Part shown: in pieces, positions 19,058-29,995 of the stretch
Layout: each line of letters opens with the position of its first letter
Numbering within the stretch: position 1 is the stretch's first letter
NCBI GenBank assembly: GCA_963662545.2
Contig: CAXXLL010000003.1
Span: 2,336,001 to 2,400,000, forward strand
Reading direction: 5' to 3'
Length of the DNA: 64,000 bases
Source of the DNA: Gammaproteobacteria bacterium
GTDB taxonomy: Bacteria > Pseudomonadota > Gammaproteobacteria > Ga0077536
Made by a program: the position numbers and the translations under genes
The notes under the pieces: model-generated
Databases searched by the model: none
Seen by the model: the letters and a program-made list of their open reading frames with translations, nothing else
Told to the model about the DNA's origin: nothing

Positions 19058-21680
19058 AGGCGGGGGTGGACTCTGATTCGCCCGCCAACTGGCGACATGC
19101 CCAGGACGCAAAGGCTTCCGGTGGCAGGGGCTTCGCGAACAGATAACCCTGCCCCTTGACGCAGCCTTCGCCGATCAGGAATGCGCGCTGTGCTTCCGTT
19201 TCGACGCCTTCTGCGATCACCTCGAGACGCAGGCTGTCACCTAGCGCGATCACGGCGCGCGTGATCGCCATGTCATCGGAATCGTCCGGAATATCGCGCA
19301 CAAAGGACCGATCGATCTTGATCTTGTTGATCGGCAGGCGCTTTAAATAAGCGAGCGAGGAGTAACCAGTGCCAAAATCATCGACGCTTAGCGACACGCC
19401 GAGATCACGCAGACCTTCCAGTGTTTCGATGGCGGCGTCGGCTTCGCGCATGATAAAGCCCTCGGTCACCTCGAGTTCCAGGTGCTCGGGCGGCAGTCCC
19501 GTCGCATCGAGGGCCTTCTCGCAGGTCTCGAGCAGGTCGCCCCGGCTGATCTGGGGGCCGGCGATGTTCACCGCAATCCGCTTGAGCGACAGCCCCACTT
19601 CGAGCCACGATTTCGCCTGACGGCAGGCCTCATTCAATACCCATTCGCCGATCGGCACGATCAGGCCTGATTCCTCCGCCATCGGAATGAAGCGGTACGG
19701 GGGGATCAGTCCTTTTCCCGGATGTTCCCACCGGATGAGTGCTTCTGCCCCGATCAGCTCACCCGTGAGCATGTCGATTTGCGGCTGATAATACAGGACG
19801 AATTGATCGCGTTGCAGGGCCTTGTGCAGGTTCTGTTCGAGCTGCATGCGTTCCAGGGCTTCACTCGTCATCGCCTCGGTATAAACAGCGAATGCATTGC
19901 GGCCCCGGCCCTTGGCTTTATACATCGCGGCGTCCGCATTGCGCAGCAACACGTCGATCGATTCGCCGTCGCGGGGATATATGCTGATCCCGATGCTGGG
20001 TGTGACATGCAGCTCCCGTCCTTCGATTTCGAACGGCTCGTCGAACGCGCTCAGGATCTTCTCTGCAACGCGCGTCGCGTGCAGGAGTGATGTAATGTCC
20101 TCCAGCAGCAGGGTGAACTCGTCCCCGCCGATACGCGCGACCGTGTCCTCCAGTCGGACGCATTGTCGCAAGCGCGCTGCCGCTTGTATCAGTAACTCGT
20201 CGCCCGCGTAATGCCCGAGGCTGTCGTTGATATTCTTAAAATGATCGAGATCGAGGAACAACAAAGCACCGCTGCTTGAGCGCCGCTTGGCACGTTCGAG
20301 CGCCAGTTCCAGACGCACGGCAAGGTATAGGCGATTCGGCAGTCCGGTGAGCGGGTCGTGGTGTGCGAGTTCCTCCAGTTCCGCCTGGGAGCGCTTGAGA
20401 TCGGTGATGTCCTGGCCGACACCGATGATCTCGAGCAGCTTGCCGTCATCGTCGTAACGGTTGACCGACGTCCACGATATGACTCGCGACTCGCCGGATT
20501 CGGTCTCGATGGTCATTTCGTAGTTCTTGACGCCGTCGGTCACGTCAAATATCCGAAACAGCCGCTCGACCTGCGCATACTTATCACCGGGGTAAACGAT
20601 GCGCCAGAAATTCTTGCCCAATATCTGCTCGCGCGTATATCCGCTGATCCGGCAGCCGCTATCGTTGATCGACACACAGATACCGTCGGGATCGAGGCCG
20701 ACGATATAAGACGGCGAATTCTGAACGATGTGCGCGGTATATTCCTTGAGCGCCCGAGTTTCCTCCAGCGTATGCCGCAATTTTTTCTGCTGCTCGATAT
20801 CGTCGGTAACGTCCTGAACCGTACCGATGGACCGTATGGCCGCGCCGGTTTTGTCATAGTGCGTGTCAAATTGAGCGCGGAGATGCTTGATCCGTCCGTC
20901 CGGGAAGGGGAAGCGGCAAATAACATCGTAGGGTCGCCTGGATTCGCGATGTTCGGTAAACGCCCGATCGACCTTGTCGCGGTCCTCGGGATGGATCAAC
21001 TCGAGTAACTCCTGAAAGGAATTCATCGTACGTTCCCAATCGAGCTCGAGAATCGCCTCGGTTTCCTTCGAAAACCAGAAGCTGTCGTTCTCCAGATCCA
21101 GTTCCCAACCGCCGATATGCGCGACCCGCTGGGCTTCTTCGAGGCGCGCCTCGCTTTTGATCAATTCTTCTTCGGCGCGTTTGCGCTCGGTCACGTCCAC
21201 GCCGATGCCGATGATTTCCACGAGTTCTCCCGACTCGCTGAACCGATTGACCGAGTTCCAGGAGATGATGCGCGACTCGCCCGATTTCGTCTCGATTTCG
21301 AGTTCGTAATCCCAAACGTTACCATCACGATCGAAATCGAAGACGAGCTGTTCAAGCTGCCGGTATTTATCGCCGGGATAGATGATGGACCACCAGTTCT
21401 TGCCGATCAGCTCTTCGCGGTCGTGACCTGTGATTCGGCACCCCGCATCGTTAATGGAAACCGTCGAACCGTCAGGCGCGATGCTCACGATCACGGAGGG
21501 TGAATGCTGGATGATGTGCTCGGTATAACTGCCGACCTCGGTCGAACGGCGGGACCCGAGCCCGAAAAGCGAAGGAAAAGAAAATTTGGGCGCAGACTCC
21601 TTACCGCCATCATCCGACCAGGCGTTCACGTGTGGCACGGTGATGAGCGTTGAGGCGAGTTTGCGATTGGGCGAGGACAT
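19038..21680 (-). CDS. PAS-PAS-PAS-GGDEF-EAL c-di-GMP signalling protein
   Basis: PAS/PAC repeats, HDPLTGLPNR, GGDEF, EAL, DDFGTGYSS. Confidence 0.95.
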   Translation of the reverse strand: MSSPNRKLASTLITVPHVNAWSDDGGKESAPKFSFPSLFGLGSRRSTEVGSYTEHIIQHSPSVIVSIAPDGSTVSINDAGCRITGHDREELIGKNWWSIIYPGDKYRQLEQLVFDFDRDGNVWDYELEIETKSGESRIISWNSVNRFSESGELVEIIGIGVDVTERKRAEEELIKSEARLEEAQRVAHIGGWELDLENDSFWFSKETEAILELDWERTMNSFQELLELIHPEDRDKVDRAFTEHRESRRPYDVICRFPFPDGRIKHLRAQFDTHYDKTGAAIRSIGTVQDVTDDIEQQKKLRHTLEETRALKEYTAHIVQNSPSYIVGLDPDGICVSINDSGCRISGYTREQILGKNFWRIVYPGDKYAQVERLFRIFDVTDGVKNYEMTIETESGESRVISWTSVNRYDDDGKLLEIIGVGQDITDLKRSQAELEELAHHDPLTGLPNRLYLAVRLELALERAKRRSSSGALLFLDLDHFKNINDSLGHYAGDELLIQAAARLRQCVRLEDTVARIGGDEFTLLLEDITSLLHATRVAEKILSAFDEPFEIEGRELHVTPSIGISIYPRDGESIDVLLRNADAAMYKAKGRGRNAFAVYTEAMTSEALERMQLEQNLHKALQRDQFVLYYQPQIDMLTGELIGAEALIRWEHPGKGLIPPYRFIPMAEESGLIVPIGEWVLNEACRQAKSWLEVGLSLKRIAVNIAGPQISRGDLLETCEKALDATGLPPEHLELEVTEGFIMREADAAIETLEGLRDLGVSLSVDDFGTGYSSLAYLKRLPINKIKIDRSFVRDIPDDSDDMAITRAVIALGDSLRLEVIAEGVETEAQRAFLIGEGCVKGQGYLFAKPLPPEAFASWACRQLAGESESTPAFKATNV

Positions 21681-21956
21681 CGGGCGGGGCGGCCCCTATT
21701 TTTTAATTACCTTTTAAGTATCGGCCAAATCCCGGATTTTTGTAGGCTGGGCGAGGCTTTAGCATAGTTTTACGATTCCAGGCCGGTTCGCTGGGAGTTG
21801 GGTGATCGCAGGTAATTGGGATTCGTTGCCCAAGGCGCAATAAAGGCCTAGGCGAATACTGGACTAGCGCCGATCGAATTTGCGAAATTCGCCAACTGCG
21901 GCCGTGGCCTAGCGGCCGATCGCCATCTCATTTCGCAGGAGTGAAAGCGCTTGGTG

Positions 21957-23408
21957 CTATTTCGCCGGCGCTGTCCGCCGCTTTTTCGACGGAGATTTTT
22001 CGCGCTTGCTTGCGGACACGGGCTTCTTACCGGCCTTCCATTCCGGCAACGTGCGGTAGGCGATGTGATTCGGCGGCAAGCGCTTGTGGCCGACGCCGAA
22101 GTAGTGTTCCCGCAGCGTCTCGGTCTCGTAATGGGTGCGTACGCGTCCGCGCCGTTGGAGTTCCGGTACGACCAGGTCGACGAAGTCGAAAAATCCGCTG
22201 GGCTGGTTGACCGGCACGAGGTTGATGCCGTCACAATCGGTTTCGTCGACCCAGCGCTCGATCTCGTCGGCAACCGTCGCGGGTGAGCCGATGATCTTTG
22301 GCATCACACTTCCGATCGAGAGGAACTCGCCTATTTCGCCAACCGTCCAATCGCGTTCCGGATCGACCACCGTGAAATAGTTCATCAGGCCCTGGATGGC
22401 ATCGGTCTTGACTTCGTCGAGGCGCTGTCCCGGTTCGAACTGCGCCAGGTCCACGCCTACCCAGCCGCTGAATAGCGCCAGCGCGCCCTCGGGACTGATG
22501 TAGCGTTTGCAGGTCTCGAGTTTCATCTGAGCTTCCGCATCGGTCGGGGCGACGATCACGGTTACTCCCGGAAATGCGCGCACCTGGTCGGGTTCGCGGT
22601 TTTCGGCGCAGGCCGCGTCCCGCACCTGCTTGATACCGTCGCGACAGGATTCGATCGTCGGCCAGATCCCGAAGATGCCTTCGGCGTGACGGGCTGCGAA
22701 TTTGACCCCTCGCCCGGACTGACCGGCCTGGAACAGCACCGGCGTGCGTTGCACCGAGGGTTCGCACATGTGGGGTCCCGGCACCTTGAACCACGGACCG
22801 ACGTGGTTGATCTCGTGCACCTTGTCCGGATCGTTGTGCACGTCGTTGACCACATCGCGCGCCGCCGCGTCTTCCTCCCAGGAGTGCTCCCACAGTTTGT
22901 AGACCACTTCCATGTATTCCTCGGCGCGCTCATAGCGCTGGTCGTGTTCCATCTGCTCGCCGATGCCGAAGTTCGCGTTGGCATCGGGCAGGTAGGAGGT
23001 GACGACATTCCAGGCAATGCGGCCCTTGGTCAGGTGATCGAGGGTGGAAAACACCTTTGCCGCCTGGTAGGGCGCGAAATAGGACGTGCTGTAGGTACAT
23101 GCAAACCCGATGTAGCGCGTGGCGTGGGCCAGTGCCGAAACGACCAGGGTTGGATCATTGCTCGGAAACTGTACCGCGTGCCGCACGGCCGCCGCGCGCG
23201 AACCCTTGTAGGTGTTGTAGGTGCCGTGGACGTCGGCCAAGAATAATGCGTCGAAACAGCCGCGCTCGAGATAACGCGCTAATTCCACCCAGTAATTGAG
23301 ATCCTTGTAGCCGTGCGATGATCGGTCGATGGGGTGTTTCCACTGCCCTTTCGAATGATGGCAGATAGAACACTGGGTAAAAGCATTGAGGTGAATCTGC
23401 TTGGCCAT
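21957..23408 (-). CDS. NtaA/SnaA/DszA-family FMN-dependent monooxygenase
   Basis: FDALFLAD, LDHLTKGRIAWNVVTS, PVLFQAGQS, VVPELQRRG. Confidence 0.9.
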   Translation of the reverse strand: MAKQIHLNAFTQCSICHHSKGQWKHPIDRSSHGYKDLNYWVELARYLERGCFDALFLADVHGTYNTYKGSRAAAVRHAVQFPSNDPTLVVSALAHATRYIGFACTYSTSYFAPYQAAKVFSTLDHLTKGRIAWNVVTSYLPDANANFGIGEQMEHDQRYERAEEYMEVVYKLWEHSWEEDAAARDVVNDVHNDPDKVHEINHVGPWFKVPGPHMCEPSVQRTPVLFQAGQSGRGVKFAARHAEGIFGIWPTIESCRDGIKQVRDAACAENREPDQVRAFPGVTVIVAPTDAEAQMKLETCKRYISPEGALALFSGWVGVDLAQFEPGQRLDEVKTDAIQGLMNYFTVVDPERDWTVGEIGEFLSIGSVMPKIIGSPATVADEIERWVDETDCDGINLVPVNQPSGFFDFVDLVVPELQRRGRVRTHYETETLREHYFGVGHKRLPPNHIAYRTLPEWKAGKKPVSASKREKSPSKKRRTAPAK

Positions 23409-23563
23409 GATCGGCTCCTCGCCGCGCCCAGTCTAACCGATTGAGGCAGCGGAGGTGGGGTGGCCCTAGCAGCCTGTCGGACTTAGGGAATCTACTCGAC
23501 AATTGCTCCTGCATTGCTCTACCTCCTGCATCCATGCAGTCTTGCGGCGTTGGGATAGCGGTC

Positions 23564-25096
23564 CTATTTGAAATCGTTGAACAGCTTCCTGGTATTCAAG
23601 CTCAGAGGCGCGGCGCAGGCGCCCATCGCGAAGGCCGGACCCGGCCTGTTGCAATCGTTGACGCCTTTGTTCGATTCATCTGCGCGGGGATCAACTAAGG
23701 TGTACCCGTATTCCGATTCGGCGTCATCCTCTTGTTGTTCGGCCGGCGGTTTCGGCGGCGTCCACCCGCGGTCTTCAATGGGTGCGCGGGTGCGGCGCCC
23801 AAGGCGTTCGTCCGTGTTTTCAATCTGCTCGTTGAGCTCGCGATCCAGGCGCTCCAGGCGATCTTCAGCCTCGGCGTCACGGCCTGTGGTCACGCGCTCG
23901 TGGCGCACGATATGCGGGGTGATGAGCACCACGGTCTCGGTCTTGATGAGGAGTTGCTCGGACCGCCCAAACAGCCTTTCGATCAGCGGCAGGTCGCCGA
24001 TGATCGGGACATTTTCCCGCCGCTGGCTGGCTGTGTTGCGGATCAATCCGCCGATGAATATCGTCTGGCCGTCTTCGGCCAGGAGACGCGTGGTCACTTC
24101 GGTCGATTTCTTGCTCGGCACGCCATCGAGTGTCACCGTTCCCGAACTGACTTCCGGATGAATGTCCATCATGATCCGGCCCGCACGGTCGACGTAGGAT
24201 CTCACGCGCATGATGATGCCTGTCTCGAGAAACTCGACGCTTTCGGTGGTGACCTGGTTGATGGTCGTGGTCACGCGGTATCCAATCTCGTCACCGATGA
24301 TGACTTCTGCTTCCTCATGCTCCAGCGCCAGCAGCTTCGGCGTCGACAAGGTGCGTACCCGGCCCTTGACGCTCAAGGCGTTCAATACCGCTTCGACGTT
24401 CGAGTTGAACAGACTGAAAAAGAGTCCGGGTGCGGTGAGGGAGGCAAAGCCCTGCGCAGCGACGCGGCCGACGCCGCCATCCGAGCTAAAGAGCCGGGTC
24501 CAGTCAATGCCGTAGGTATCGCTCGCGTCCAGGGTTATTTCGAGGATGCGGGCTTCGATCAGGATTTGCGCCGGCTGCTTGTCGAGCTCGGTCAACAGGT
24601 TTTCGAGCCGGCGTATGAAGTCGGGCAGGTCCTCGACGACTAGCAGGTTGCGTTCAGGCAAGGCCGTTATCTTGCCGTAGCGCGAGAGGTGGTTCTCGAG
24701 AATCTCCGCTACGAGTTCCGGATCGCTGTATTGAATCTTGAACGAACGAACTTCCGTCAGGCCGCCCGCGATGTCCTTGCCGGCTTCCTCGCGGCTGACG
24801 ATGTAATAAGTCCCATCGTCATATTCGACGGCATAGCCGGCGGCTGCCGCCACGGTACGCACGGCCTGTTGCAAGCTTACATCGTAAAGATTGACGGAAA
24901 TTTCACCCGTTACGTCGCTGCTCAGGAGAATGTTCGTCTTGCCTTCACGGGACAGCATTTCGAACACTTCGGCGATATCCGCGTAGCGCACGGACAACGA
25001 GATGTTGCCAGCCGCCGCGAGCGGGACCGTGAACGCGACCGTCAATCCGAACAAAAGTATTTGTATCGCGCGCTTACTCACGGCCCTGGTTCTCAT
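23564..25096 (-). CDS. Secretin (PilQ/MshL/GspD family)
   Basis: STN-like N-domain, QILIEARILE, LSTPKLL, IFIGGLI, VPIIGDLPLI, LITPHIV. Confidence 0.9.
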   Translation of the reverse strand: MRTRAVSKRAIQILLFGLTVAFTVPLAAAGNISLSVRYADIAEVFEMLSREGKTNILLSSDVTGEISVNLYDVSLQQAVRTVAAAAGYAVEYDDGTYYIVSREEAGKDIAGGLTEVRSFKIQYSDPELVAEILENHLSRYGKITALPERNLLVVEDLPDFIRRLENLLTELDKQPAQILIEARILEITLDASDTYGIDWTRLFSSDGGVGRVAAQGFASLTAPGLFFSLFNSNVEAVLNALSVKGRVRTLSTPKLLALEHEEAEVIIGDEIGYRVTTTINQVTTESVEFLETGIIMRVRSYVDRAGRIMMDIHPEVSSGTVTLDGVPSKKSTEVTTRLLAEDGQTIFIGGLIRNTASQRRENVPIIGDLPLIERLFGRSEQLLIKTETVVLITPHIVRHERVTTGRDAEAEDRLERLDRELNEQIENTDERLGRRTRAPIEDRGWTPPKPPAEQQEDDAESEYGYTLVDPRADESNKGVNDCNRPGPAFAMGACAAPLSLNTRKLFNDFK

Positions 25097-25445
25097 GGCG
25101 TTCATCGTCGAGCGATACCACGAAACTTTCATCCCCCTGTAGTAACACGACGTCACGCTCACCGGCGGCGACCACCTGGAAATTTTCGAACCGGCCGCCG
25201 ACCGCGATCAATTCCCCGTCGAGGTTAACAACCGTTGTTAGCGGTGAGCGCATGATGGCGCGCAGTCGCGGCACGGCGACGACAGCGTGCTCCTCTCCAA
25301 GCACCAATGGTTCAGGGGGCGCCAGTTCCTTCAGTGCAGGTTTGCGAAAGGGATCCGTCGTCAAGATGAACTTTTCGTCACCGGCATGCACCGTCCATAC
25401 AGCGGCGGCAAGCAAGGCGAAAAATTGGGGGACGCCCGTCTTCAT
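25074..25445 (-). CDS. PilP/MshK-like protein
   Basis: Signal peptide, DPFRKP, LRAIM..VVNLDG; lies between pilO-like gene and secretin. Confidence 0.6.
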   Translation of the reverse strand: MKTGVPQFFALLAAAVWTVHAGDEKFILTTDPFRKPALKELAPPEPLVLGEEHAVVAVPRLRAIMRSPLTTVVNLDGELIAVGGRFENFQVVAAGERDVVLLQGDESFVVSLDDERHENQGRE

Positions 25446-26005
25446 GCGCCGCCGCTCCGCGAGCGATAAGAAACCATGGTCAATCGCATGCGCCTGGTAT
25501 CGCCTGGCGCGACGGGTTCGATGTCGAACGATTTGACCACCATGGGACCGAGTTCCCGCTCGGCGTCGTGCAACCAGGCCACGAGCCGGAAGTACCCCCC
25601 CACGACTTCGACGTGAAAGGGGATCTCGTCGAATTCGAAGACCTCCGCGATATCGCCGGGCTCGACGCTGATCAGTTGCACCCGGCGGCTCTGTGCGAGC
25701 CGATCGAGGCGACCGATAACGAAGGCCACCATTTCGTTTGCCGCGAGCGACGGGCCCGCGCCCTGGAGTTGTTCCCGCAGCGCCGCAGTACTCGCCTCGA
25801 CCGAACGAATGCGGGCCTCGATGGGTTGATCGCTCGGGTGTGCGCGGCGCAGATCGAAAAACGTATCTCGCGCTTCGGCCAGGTACCCCATCGGTTTCTT
25901 CAACACGTAGAGGTGGCCGGCCAGACCGGTCAGAGCGAACGCGACCGCCAGCAGCATCGCCAGACTGCGGGGCGGGACGTGCTGGGTGATCATCGGCCGA
26001 GGCAT
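25442..26005 (-). CDS. PilO/MshJ-like alignment protein
   Basis: Single TM, coiled coil, EIPFHVEVVGGYFRLVAWL. Confidence 0.75.
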   Translation of the reverse strand: MPRPMITQHVPPRSLAMLLAVAFALTGLAGHLYVLKKPMGYLAEARDTFFDLRRAHPSDQPIEARIRSVEASTAALREQLQGAGPSLAANEMVAFVIGRLDRLAQSRRVQLISVEPGDIAEVFEFDEIPFHVEVVGGYFRLVAWLHDAERELGPMVVKSFDIEPVAPGDTRRMRLTMVSYRSRSGGA

Positions 26006-26661
26006 CAGGCTTCCTGTGCGGTGTAAACCGTGATCGCGAGATCGAAATCGATCACTTCGCGCGTAGATGCGCGGCGGCTACGGGTTCTCAGGATCTTGAC
26101 GTCGGCGATTTCCGCACGTCCGAGCAGGCGTTTGACGAAGTCCGCGAGCGCGGTGTGGTCGATGGCACTGCCGGCAATCTCCATATGGGTCGCGAGTCGC
26201 CAGGTCTTTTCGGCAACGCCCTTGCGCGGCTCGGCCACGATGATGAAGTAGCCGGTGTGTACTGACTCGGGCGCATCATCGGTTACTTCGCCGCGCCGGC
26301 GAAAAGTCCATTTACGGAACCAGGTATCACCGTCCACCGCCGCGTCGATGAGCGCAAACATTCTTTCCGCCGGCAAGCCTCCGCGCAGGCTTTCCAGGAT
26401 TCGAACCCGTCGCGCGAGCACCTTCTGCTCCGCGTTCAATCGATCGAAATGTTGCCGCTGTTCAGCGTCGTAGCTGATATCAGCTCTCAGGGCATCGATA
26501 TTTTGCTCGATGCGCTTCTGCTCCAGACCAAGCACGGCACGGCTGCCGCCAATGGCTCCCAACAGTAGAACGAACACGGGTATGAACCAAACGAGCATGC
26601 GCCGCGCACGGCGTTCGCTCCGATAGTCCTGCGGGATCAAGTCGAGCTTGGCGGACGACAC
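26005..26661 (-). CDS. PilN-like alignment protein
   Basis: LDLIPQDY (INLLP-like), TM, coiled coil, IAGSA..ALADFVKRL. Confidence 0.75.
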   Translation of the reverse strand: MSSAKLDLIPQDYRSERRARRMLVWFIPVFVLLLGAIGGSRAVLGLEQKRIEQNIDALRADISYDAEQRQHFDRLNAEQKVLARRVRILESLRGGLPAERMFALIDAAVDGDTWFRKWTFRRRGEVTDDAPESVHTGYFIIVAEPRKGVAEKTWRLATHMEIAGSAIDHTALADFVKRLLGRAEIADVKILRTRSRRASTREVIDFDLAITVYTAQEA

Positions 26662-26662
26662 C

Positions 26663-27793
26663 TCAGGTCGTCTCCCGCAAAGCGAGGCCCGTGGCCACGG
26701 CAACCCCGGAGATCGGCCCGATGTCGCTCATATCGGTCGCCCCCTCGGAGACGTCGAGGCCGTAGAAGGGATTGATACTCGAGATCTCGACGCCGCACAG
26801 CGACGACAGCAAGCGGTCCGCATTGGGCCAGCGCGCGAGGCTCCCGAACGCGTAAATCTTGCCGGCAGAGCCGCGCGTTTCCGCCGCCACGTAATCACGT
26901 ATGCGAAGGACATCCTTGGCCAGAGCGATGAACTGAGGTTTGAGGATCTCCGACAGCGCGCTCTTGATGCCCGCCGCGGGGTCCGCGGCGTCATGGGTAG
27001 CGTCGACCGATCTGCCGAGCGCGAGTCCGTGGCGCTGCAAGAGGTCCAGGGCTTTCGCCGGCGTGCAGTCGAGGGCGTCACCGAGCCGGGACACGACGGC
27101 CCGAGTGCCGAAATCGATATCGCGATCGAGCAGCAATTCGCCGTTCGACAACACCGTGACGAAGCTCTTGACCGTGCCGAACGTAATGGCGACGACGGTA
27201 GAAGCCGCGTCCTTGTCGATCTCGGCGATCAAGCGCTGGATTGCGATCGGCCCGACTTCGAGCGCGACGACGTCGAGCGAGCATTTGCGCAGGGCTTCGA
27301 GATATCCGACCACGGCGTCGTGATCGGCTACCGCCACGAGCGCAGCTCGGCCGTTGCCGTCGTTGCCGCGCGCGATCGGCAGATAGTCGACTACCCGTGC
27401 TGCGATCGAACCGCCGAGCCGCTCCTCGGTTGCCCGAACGATCGCAGCGACCTCGTCGGTCGGGCTCTCGCAACGATAGTTGATCACGAGCATTTCAACG
27501 ATGGACGGCGGTACCGAAGCGACTACCTTGCGACCGCGAAATGGCCGCTCCGCGAACGCGTGGCGCATCAGGCGTTTCAATTCAAGCGGCGAATCGAGCA
27601 AAGCTTCGCGTTCGCGATCGTAAGGCAGCGATGCTGCGGCATGAATCCGGCACTCGCCGCCTAGGCGCGCGACCTGGACCAGGTTGACGCGTTCGGTGCC
27701 GAAATCGATACCGATGGCACCGGTCGATGCGACGCCCAGAAAGTGTGCGGGTACGAACGGACGCGCGTGCTTCAGGACCCCAGCAATAACCAT
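26663..27793 (-). CDS. PilM-like actin-fold protein
   Basis: AIGIDFG, VVDY, ALEVGPIA, RDIDFG, VATGLALR. Confidence 0.8.
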   Translation of the reverse strand: MVIAGVLKHARPFVPAHFLGVASTGAIGIDFGTERVNLVQVARLGGECRIHAAASLPYDREREALLDSPLELKRLMRHAFAERPFRGRKVVASVPPSIVEMLVINYRCESPTDEVAAIVRATEERLGGSIAARVVDYLPIARGNDGNGRAALVAVADHDAVVGYLEALRKCSLDVVALEVGPIAIQRLIAEIDKDAASTVVAITFGTVKSFVTVLSNGELLLDRDIDFGTRAVVSRLGDALDCTPAKALDLLQRHGLALGRSVDATHDAADPAAGIKSALSEILKPQFIALAKDVLRIRDYVAAETRGSAGKIYAFGSLARWPNADRLLSSLCGVEISSINPFYGLDVSEGATDMSDIGPISGVAVATGLALRETT

Positions 27794-28953
27794 GATCCAC
27801 TGTCCTCGAAATTCGTATTCTCGCCCGGCAACACGTGCCCGCGACCGCTGCATAAATCCTTCGCGGCATACAGATTCTGATCGGCGCGGCGATAGAGCAC
27901 CGACATCGGTATCGTCGAATCGAGCGAAGCCGCGACGCGCCCATAGCTCAGTGAAATCTTCGCCTGCTCGAGGCCCTTGATCGCCTGTACGCGCTCGCGA
28001 ATATCCTGCAGGGCCGCCTGCAGAAGCGGCTCCGGATCATGAGCTACGAGCAATACGCAGAATTCGTCGCCGCCGAGACGGATTACATACCCTTGCTCGC
28101 CAACATGTTCGCTGAGTGCCGTGCTCACGCATCGCAGAACCTTATCGCCCGCCGCGTGGCCGTAGGTATCGTTGACGATCTTGAAATCGTCGATGTCGAA
28201 CAAGGCGAAATGAAAGTCGTCGTTGCCGTCGCCGAAACGCGCGCACAGGTCCGCCAGCGCGTGCTTGAGGTAGCGCCGGTTCCACGCGCCGGTCAGGGGA
28301 TCGACGTTCGACAGGCGAAAGAGGTGTTCGCGGGCTTCTTCGAGGTCGTGGCGCGCAGTGAGCTCATTCTTGCGCACGGCCACCGCCCGCCCCACAACAG
28401 CAAGGCTCGCGACCGCCGTCGTGAACATAAAGACCTGGAGCAACATCAAGCTATCAGCGCCAAAGCGCGCGGCCACGCCCATGGTCGAACTGGTCAGCAG
28501 CAGCCAGATCACGACAGTCACGATCGTCGCCTCGCGTAAACCCCACGGCACCATCGGGATCACGACGAACAGCAGCAGCACGTTCGCCAGGAGCAGCGGG
28601 CTGATATGGCCCGTGCGGTGTGCGACGAAGACCAGCGCGGTTGCCGAGATGACGAGCAGGGCCATGCCGAGCAGATAGAGGCCGCGGACCTCTTTGATCT
28701 TGCTCGCCGACAGGAAAATGTGAATACACAGGGCGCCGACCAGCGCGTAGGCTTGGAGGTAATAGTCGTCGAGCTGGAGCTGGGCGTGGGCCAAGGTCGC
28801 GACCAGCACCAGGCCGGCGAGCACGGCGCTCATCGCGCGCACCCCCGTTCGAACCTCGCCAACGAGATTCGATTCGGCATAGTCGCAAAGTTCGTTTCGC
28901 GAGAAATTCGTCGCCGACCAGGTGTGCCTGATATCGTCTAGGAACTTACCCAC
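27772..28953 (-). CDS. Membrane diguanylate cyclase
   Basis: About six TMs, DPLTGAWNRR, DIDDFK.VNDTYGH, RLGGDEF. Confidence 0.92.
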   Translation of the reverse strand: MGKFLDDIRHTWSATNFSRNELCDYAESNLVGEVRTGVRAMSAVLAGLVLVATLAHAQLQLDDYYLQAYALVGALCIHIFLSASKIKEVRGLYLLGMALLVISATALVFVAHRTGHISPLLLANVLLLFVVIPMVPWGLREATIVTVVIWLLLTSSTMGVAARFGADSLMLLQVFMFTTAVASLAVVGRAVAVRKNELTARHDLEEAREHLFRLSNVDPLTGAWNRRYLKHALADLCARFGDGNDDFHFALFDIDDFKIVNDTYGHAAGDKVLRCVSTALSEHVGEQGYVIRLGGDEFCVLLVAHDPEPLLQAALQDIRERVQAIKGLEQAKISLSYGRVAASLDSTIPMSVLYRRADQNLYAAKDLCSGRGHVLPGENTNFEDSGSWLLLGS

Positions 28954-29058
28954 GGACCACTCCTCTTTTTTTATGCGTTTTCATACCGGGTTATCGGATC
29001 CCCGGGACGATTCTTGAGGATCCGGCCGCCGCGCGAGAAAGCCTCGCCCGCTCGGTAT

Positions 29059-29898
29059 TCAGGCGGATTTGCGGACCGGGAACAGCAGGGCGATGACCTC
29101 GGCGACCTGCGCATCGAGATGCGCCCGCACATCGCTGACGGCCTCCTCGGTCAGCGTGGACAGGGCGTATGCGGCCGGGTGGATTGGCGGCGCCTCGCAT
29201 TCGTCGGCGACCTGGGGAATGCGGGCCGCGATGTGCACGATCGCCGTTTCCGTCGCGAAATCCTTGGCGGATGAGGGGTCGTTTTGATGGCGGATGGTCT
29301 GCTCGAGCGCCGCCGGCAGGCTCCAGGCCTTGAGCAGTTCGGCACCGACTTCAGCGTAATCGAGCCCGAACATCTCGCGCTGGACAACATGTAGCTCGCG
29401 GCCGTGTTTGCGCGCTGCCTCAGCAGCCTCTTGCAGAAAGCCGGGAGCCAGGATGGCGATGACCATCTTGCCGATGTGGCTCAACAAGCCGGACAGGAAA
29501 ATGCGCTCGCCGTCGAGGACGTTGCAGTGCGTCGCCAGGAGCTTAGATGCCACCCCGCGCCGGACGCTGTCTGCCCAGAAATCCGCGACGTTCAGCACGT
29601 CGTTGCGAACGCCTGAGAACATGGTCGCGACCGAGGTCGCGAGCAGCAGATCGTGGATCTGAATAGTACCCAGCAGGCTGACCGCGCGTGCCGTGGTGTC
29701 GACATTGGCGGCAAAGCCGAAAAAGGGACTGTTGGCCATGCGCAACAGGCGCGCCGTCATCCCCGGATCGGTCTCGATGGCACGCGCCATGTCGGCGGCG
29801 CTGGAATCCGAGTCGTCCAAGACGCCTTTGACTCTGAGATAGACGTCGGGAAGGGTGACGAGTTGCAGGCTGTCGCTGACGAGATCTTTCGCTTTCAC
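29059..29898 (-). CDS. HDOD domain protein
   Basis: LPDVY, DPGMTARLLRMANSPFFG, GLLSHIG, EVGAELLKAWSLP. Confidence 0.9.
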   Translation of the reverse strand: MKAKDLVSDSLQLVTLPDVYLRVKGVLDDSDSSAADMARAIETDPGMTARLLRMANSPFFGFAANVDTTARAVSLLGTIQIHDLLLATSVATMFSGVRNDVLNVADFWADSVRRGVASKLLATHCNVLDGERIFLSGLLSHIGKMVIAILAPGFLQEAAEAARKHGRELHVVQREMFGLDYAEVGAELLKAWSLPAALEQTIRHQNDPSSAKDFATETAIVHIAARIPQVADECEAPPIHPAAYALSTLTEEAVSDVRAHLDAQVAEVIALLFPVRKSA

Positions 29899-29995
29899 CG
29901 ACGCTATATTCTCTTTACTTAACGGTCCGTCTCCGGCTATCGGCTGAGCGTGATATTTCTTGAACGGAACCGATGGTTCGGCATGAGGCAGTATT

